A stretch of 64,000 bases of DNA from an uncultured Armatimonadetes bacterium. Its GTDB lineage: Bacteria > Armatimonadota > Hebobacteria > Hebobacterales > Hebobacteraceae. Positions within the stretch are counted from its first letter, which is position 1. Every line of letters begins with the position of its first letter. The notes beneath the pieces are model-generated. The model saw nothing but the letters and a program-made list of their open reading frames with translations, was not told the DNA's origin and did not search any database. The DNA lies in contig OY970296.1 in the NCBI GenBank assembly GCA_963716175.1, positions 2,400,001 to 2,464,000 on the forward strand. Reading direction: 5' to 3'. Shown here one piece after another: positions 57,883 to 64,000 of this stretch. A program made the translations under genes and the position numbers.

Positions 57883-59460
57883 ATGACCCAACCTCAATAC
57901 CGGCGACCAGGGACCACCTGGTTCGTGAGCGATGGCTACATCTGGGATGACCTGCCGGCCAGCTACCGGAGGGAAGGCGGCAGACCGCTGGAGTGCTCGT
58001 CCCGGCTTTTCGTCTTCAACCCGCAGGGGAAGATGGCCCGCGTCCGCCTCAAGCTATTCCACGTGGACCGGCCCCCGACCAGCGTCGAGCTGAAAGTGCG
58101 CCCGCGCAGCATTGGGCAGGTTGAGCTGGCCGCGCTTCCCGAGGTGCCTCACCGGCAGTCTTTTTGGATCGCGATCGAGTCAGATTGGCCCGTGCTTCCG
58201 CAGGCGCGCCACGAGGATTACACGTTCTGGGACCCGGTGCCCGATGCCATGGTGGCCGTCGCCCCTTATCCGGGACCCCTGTCTGATGAGACCAGTTGGG
58301 CCTTCCCCGATTGCTTTCAAGGAGGATCCAGGAGCTGGTACGAGAGAGAGACCCTCACCATCCTCAACCCCAGGAAGAGGCCGGTATCAGCGCGGGTGCG
58401 ATATCTGTTCCGCAACCGGGAGGGTGGCGGCGAGGAGGAGATCGAGATTGCTGGCGAGCGGGCGGCCGCCCTGGAAGTGTGGGAGCGCAGCCCTCGGCTC
58501 CTGGGTACCGGGAACGGTCCGCCGGTGCGCGTCCTCGGCGATTACGCGGTCAGAGTTGATGCCACTGGTCCGGTCATCGCCCAGACCACCCGCCGCGCGC
58601 GCTGGCACGGGCACCCCTCGATCATCGGGTCGCGGAGCACCATGGGCTTTCCCGTTCGCGCCGGCCGCTGCGACCTCTGGTATTACCCCGGCGGCGCCGT
58701 CTGGGACCGCGGGGTGCTGCCGCGGGCGAAGGAGACAGACCACCCGCTGAGCCAATGCGACAACACGTGGAACCTCCTGTTCATCAACAACCTGGACCCG
58801 CGGCGCCGGGTGCGGGCCCAAGTCAGATTCCACAAGCCCGACGGCGCGGCCGCGGACTCGGGGCCGCTGCCCATACCACCACTCAAGTCAGTGCTACACT
58901 GCTTGCACGGCAAGCCCTGGCTGGGCGAGCAGATCCAGGTCAACCAGCCCTTCGCCATCACTCTCACCGCCGACGGGCCGGTCGTCCCGGAGGTGTGCTG
59001 TGCTGAGTACGAGATGTGGAGTCAGGTCTGCCCCGGCGCCATGACTGCGGTCAACTTCTACCCGGGACCGCTGCGGCAGGAACGCACCTGGTGGCTCGGT
59101 ATCGGCCAGGCCGGCGGCTCGGATCAGATCAACGTCGAATGGGCTCAGAGCTATCACCTGTTCAATCCAGGGCAGAAGCCGTTACAGGTCACGCTTTCCT
59201 TTCTGGGGCTGGGAAACCGCAGCACGAGTGGCAGGAGGCAAGCTCCTGCCCAGCATTCAGTGAAGCTCGCGCCCGGCGCGGTGGTCCACGTCGCCTCCGC
59301 CGACATCGCCGGGCTGCCGCTCGGTCGGCCCTTTGCGGTGCGGGCAGATGGTGACCGTCCCTTCTGTGCCCAAGTCTTCGGCCGCACCTTCACTCGTGGT
59401 CTGCGCTGCACCCGGGGCATGTACTCGCACCTGGGCATCCCGATGACGCTGGAGGGTTAG
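57883..59460 (+). CDS. Protein of four tandem ASRT-like (sensory rhodopsin transducer) beta-sandwich repeats
   Basis: Four repeats of W-x-x-x-x-G ... hhhhNP ... V.h.F ... (F/Y)Ah.h.(S/A)D.Ph..(Q/E). Confidence 0.72.
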   Translation: MTQPQYRRPGTTWFVSDGYIWDDLPASYRREGGRPLECSSRLFVFNPQGKMARVRLKLFHVDRPPTSVELKVRPRSIGQVELAALPEVPHRQSFWIAIESDWPVLPQARHEDYTFWDPVPDAMVAVAPYPGPLSDETSWAFPDCFQGGSRSWYERETLTILNPRKRPVSARVRYLFRNREGGGEEEIEIAGERAAALEVWERSPRLLGTGNGPPVRVLGDYAVRVDATGPVIAQTTRRARWHGHPSIIGSRSTMGFPVRAGRCDLWYYPGGAVWDRGVLPRAKETDHPLSQCDNTWNLLFINNLDPRRRVRAQVRFHKPDGAAADSGPLPIPPLKSVLHCLHGKPWLGEQIQVNQPFAITLTADGPVVPEVCCAEYEMWSQVCPGAMTAVNFYPGPLRQERTWWLGIGQAGGSDQINVEWAQSYHLFNPGQKPLQVTLSFLGLGNRSTSGRRQAPAQHSVKLAPGAVVHVASADIAGLPLGRPFAVRADGDRPFCAQVFGRTFTRGLRCTRGMYSHLGIPMTLEG

Positions 59461-59462
59461 CG

Positions 59463-60431
59463 ATGGGGTTCTCGATCGAGACCTATCGCCGCGAGCTTCT
59501 GCACGGCATGACGGCACTCTACAACGCGGAGACCGCGTGCGAGGGCCACATCGCGCCACTCGACCCGCAGCGGTTCGTCAACCTGGTCGAGGACAAGTCC
59601 TACTTCGACCCGAGCGGCCTGCTGGTCGCGATCGAGAGCGAAGAGGTCGTGGGCTGGGTTCACGCTTGCCTGGCGGCTGGGTCCGAGCCGCATCACGAGC
59701 CACATCAGCCGGTACCCCAGATTCGCATGCTGATCTACCCGGCGAACCGGCTCAAGGTGGGCGCGGCCCTGGTGGCAGAAGCCACTTCCTGGCTGAGGAA
59801 GACGGCGACCAGCTTGGTAGCCCAGGCTCCCAGCCTGCTCGCCCTGCACGCCCAGCAGGGCTACCCCTTCTACCGGGGCCTCTGGCTGGGCTCGGAGCCC
59901 ATGTGCCCCGCCTCCCTGCCGCACCTGCAACTCGCCCTCGAGGTCGCCGGATACCGCAACACGCAGGAGTCCGTGTTCATGGTGGCGTCAATGCCGTCTC
60001 CGCCGGACGATTCTGTAGGAAGGGGACCTCTCGGCATGCCCGCCATCGAGTTGACTGACTCGCCGGTGGAAATGACGCACCAGCCGATGCGAGAGTCGTG
60101 GGTGGGATTCGAGCCCATGATCACGACCGCCCTCAGCGGTGGCGAGCAGGTGGGGAGCATCGGTTGGGTCATGCTGCCGCAGGTGGCCGAGCGCCTGGGG
60201 GCCCCGGCGGTGAACATCTGGCGCCTGGGAGTGGCGGAGCAACACCGTCGCAGGGGCGTCGCCACCGCGCTGATCGCACATGCCATGGCGCGCGGCCATC
60301 GCCTGGGAGCGCGTTCCGCCTCCGTGGGCACCCAGCTCTGGAACGCGCCCGCGCACGCCAGCTACGCCAAGCTCGGCTTCCTCCCGCACTGCGTGTTAGT
60401 GGGAAGGACCCTCTCGCTGGAGGAAGCCTGA
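59463..60431 (+). CDS. GNAT-family acetyltransferase, probably with two GNAT-like domains
   Basis: LGVAEQHRRRGVATAL and NAPA...YAKLGF. Confidence 0.85.
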   Translation: MGFSIETYRRELLHGMTALYNAETACEGHIAPLDPQRFVNLVEDKSYFDPSGLLVAIESEEVVGWVHACLAAGSEPHHEPHQPVPQIRMLIYPANRLKVGAALVAEATSWLRKTATSLVAQAPSLLALHAQQGYPFYRGLWLGSEPMCPASLPHLQLALEVAGYRNTQESVFMVASMPSPPDDSVGRGPLGMPAIELTDSPVEMTHQPMRESWVGFEPMITTALSGGEQVGSIGWVMLPQVAERLGAPAVNIWRLGVAEQHRRRGVATALIAHAMARGHRLGARSASVGTQLWNAPAHASYAKLGFLPHCVLVGRTLSLEEA

Positions 60432-60493
60432 GTGAGGCATCCCGCATTGCTGGGCGCGCTCAAGGACTTGGGCCCCTTAGCGCCCAATACTTA

Positions 60494-60610
60494 AGGAGTT
60501 TCCTGAATCATGGGAATGGCACATGATTCAGGAAACTCCTCAGAAGCAGGCGTATGGCTTGTGAGGCTGATTCTCTCGCATCATGGTGACAACCATGATG
60601 CGAGAGAATC
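60494..60610. repeat. Two adjacent perfect 19-bp hairpins
   Basis: Arms at 60494-60512/60522-60540 and 60569-60587/60592-60610. Confidence 0.85.
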
Positions 60611-60668
60611 CGTAAGTCGCTAGCTATCGGCGGGCCTACCAGGCCCCGTAAGGTTCGCGCCAACACCC

Positions 60669-61898
60669 ATGTCCAGGACTGAGGCAGTTCCGTCCCGCAA
60701 CCTGAGCCGGGAGCTCACCCTCTTCTTCCTCGTCGTCGCGGCGATGGGGCTGATGTCCGGTCTCTTCGAGACCACCTTCAACAATTTCCTGAGCGACAAC
60801 TTCCGCATGTCGGCCGAGGCCAGAGGCCAACTGGAGTTCCCGCGCGAGCTGCCTGGTTTCCTCGTCGCCCTGATGGGCGGTCTGCTCTTCTTCCTCTCCG
60901 AGATCAGGCTGGGCGGCTTCGCCTGCCTGACCGCTGCCCTGGGCGTCGCGGGCCTCGCTCTGTTCAGCACGAATTTCGCCCCCGTGCTGGCCTTCATGGT
61001 CATGTATAGCACGGGCACGCATATGATGATGCCGGTGAACAACACCGTGGCCCTCAGCCTGGCGCCTCCGCATCGCCGCGCGGCCAGGATGGGGCAGATC
61101 GGGGCCGTGGGGCTATGTGCCACCATTCTCGGAGCTGGGCTGGTCTGGCTGGGTCTCCAGTACTTCGGGCTCAGCTACCGGGGCATTTTCGCCATTTCCG
61201 CCGGTGGGGCTCTCGCCGCTGCTATCCTGGTCTCCCGGCTTCGGCCCCTGCCGCAGCGGCACGGGCGAAGGCCCAAGCTGGTGCTGAAGCGCCGCTACTC
61301 CCTCTACTACCTGCTCAACATCTTCTCCGGCGCGCGCAAGCAGGTGTTCGTCACCTTCGGTCCCTGGGTGTTGATCAAGGTCTTCGGCGAGCCGGCGCCC
61401 ACGATCGCCAAGCTCTGGATCGTGGCCTCGATCATCGGCATCTTCTTCCAGCCTCGGCTTGGCAAGCTGATTGACCGCCTGGGCGAGCGGGTGATCTTGA
61501 TGGCCGACGCGCTGGTACTCATCGGCGTCTGTCTGGGCTACGGTTTCGCCCGCCAATTGCCCCTCGCCAGCCCGGTGCACCTCGTCTATGCATGCTACGT
61601 GCTGGACAATGTCATGTTCGCGGCCGGCATGGCCCGCACGACTTACGTGGATAAGATCGCGGAGAGCGAGTCGGACATCCACGCTTCGCTGTCCGTCGGT
61701 GTCTCCATTGACCACGCCGTCTCCATGTCCATCCCCACCCTCGGCGGCCTGCTGTGGATACGCTATGGTTTCCCCTACGTCTTCCTCGCCGCGGCGGGCA
61801 TTGCTTTCTGCAACCTGATCGTGGCCAGCTTCGTGCGAGTGCCGCCTCGGCCGACCGTCGAACCTCTGCCCGCGGCGGACGTGACGGGCCCCGACTAG
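60669..61898 (+). CDS. MFS transporter
   Basis: About 12 TM segments; LEFPRELPG and GKLIDRLGER. Confidence 0.88.
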   Translation: MSRTEAVPSRNLSRELTLFFLVVAAMGLMSGLFETTFNNFLSDNFRMSAEARGQLEFPRELPGFLVALMGGLLFFLSEIRLGGFACLTAALGVAGLALFSTNFAPVLAFMVMYSTGTHMMMPVNNTVALSLAPPHRRAARMGQIGAVGLCATILGAGLVWLGLQYFGLSYRGIFAISAGGALAAAILVSRLRPLPQRHGRRPKLVLKRRYSLYYLLNIFSGARKQVFVTFGPWVLIKVFGEPAPTIAKLWIVASIIGIFFQPRLGKLIDRLGERVILMADALVLIGVCLGYGFARQLPLASPVHLVYACYVLDNVMFAAGMARTTYVDKIAESESDIHASLSVGVSIDHAVSMSIPTLGGLLWIRYGFPYVFLAAAGIAFCNLIVASFVRVPPRPTVEPLPAADVTGPD

Positions 61899-61966
61899 CC
61901 GCAGAGTGGGGCAGGTCCGCTGAGCCCTCGGCTGCGCTCGGGGTAGGCCTGCCCGAAGGAGCAGAT

Positions 61967-63256
<1,290 letters not shown>

Positions 63257-63427
63257 CCCTGGCGGGAGGGGGCAGTCCGCAGGTGCTCGCGTGCCGTTTT
63301 CGGGGCGCAGCCTCGGCTCAAAGAGGAACCCGCGCCCTGGCCCCGAACCATGACAGCCGGCCCTGTCGGCCAACTCGGCGAGCGCCTGGCAGGATGGGCG
63401 CTCGACACCAGCAGGCGAGGAGAGAGG

Positions 63428-64000
63428 ATGAAAGAGGTTCGACTTGGCATCATCGGCGTAGGGCAGATCGGGAAGTCGCACCTGCGGAATTACTCGGAGG
63501 TCCCCGGAGCCAAGATGGTCGCGGCCGCCGACATAGATGGACCTGAGCTCAAGCGGGTGGCCGAGCAGTTTGGCATCCCCCACACCTACAAGGATTTCCG
63601 GCAGTTGCTGAAGCGGGACGACATCGAGGCGGTGGATGTCTGCCTGCACAACAACTTTCATTCCCCGGTCAGCGTCGCCGCGATGCGCGCCGGCAAGCAC
63701 GTCTACTGCGAGAAGCCTCTGGCTGGCTCCTATGTGGACGCGAAGGCCATGGTGGACGCGGCGAAGGAGTACAAGCGGAACCTGCACATGCAGCTCGGAA
63801 CCCTCTACTCCAAGGAGACCAAGGCCGCCAGGCGTCTCATCGAGGATGGCCTCCTGGGGAAGCTCTATCACGGCCGCGCCACCGGCTTCCGCCGGCGGGG
63901 TCGGCCTTTTGTGGATGGCTATGGGACCGCCTCCTTTGTGAAGAAGGAAGTGGCGGCCGGCGGCGCCCTCTATGACATGGGCGTCTACCACATCGGCCAG
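63428..64000 (+). CDS. Gfo/Idh/MocA oxidoreductase, truncated by window end
   Basis: MKEVRLGIIGVGQIG, HVYCEKP and GGALYDMGVYH; absent from the ORF track because no stop lies in the window. Confidence 0.9.
   Translation, partial: MKEVRLGIIGVGQIGKSHLRNYSEVPGAKMVAAADIDGPELKRVAEQFGIPHTYKDFRQLLKRDDIEAVDVCLHNNFHSPVSVAAMRAGKHVYCEKPLAGSYVDAKAMVDAAKEYKRNLHMQLGTLYSKETKAARRLIEDGLLGKLYHGRATGFRRRGRPFVDGYGTASFVKKEVAAGGALYDMGVYHIGQ

Overview
GC-rich bacterial chromosomal segment, probably from an uncultured sugar-degrading lineage (taxonomy cannot be fixed from the sequence). From left to right it holds: two tandem amidohydrolase paralogues; a secreted-protein/DUF3160/CapA trio; a Family 1 encapsulin with its ferritin-like cargo, followed by rhodanese, MTH1187 and PRTase genes; two polysaccharide deacetylases; and a plant-type glucuronokinase homologue paired with a GalU-like nucleotidyltransferase. 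The clearest accessory element is a complete 4,125-bp IS1-family 'transporter' IS (17473-21597) with terminal inverted repeats and an 8-bp target duplication. It carries HigB, a HigA-metallopeptidase fusion, an unknown gene, a small basic KGG-motif protein and a NYN RNase that lies behind a promoter, a hairpin and a terminator (type III TA-like layout). The rest comprises a sugar-catabolic cluster (GH4, NagB-like, Gfo-AKR fusion, URO-D-like, beta-helix protein, GH116), emrAB-like efflux genes, a full nuoA-N operon with fused CD, a four-repeat ASRT-like protein, hemL and many REP-like palindromes. Three apparent frameshifts are probably assembly indels. No rRNA, tRNA or CRISPR array was seen. 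All family assignments come from motif recognition by eye, not database searches.
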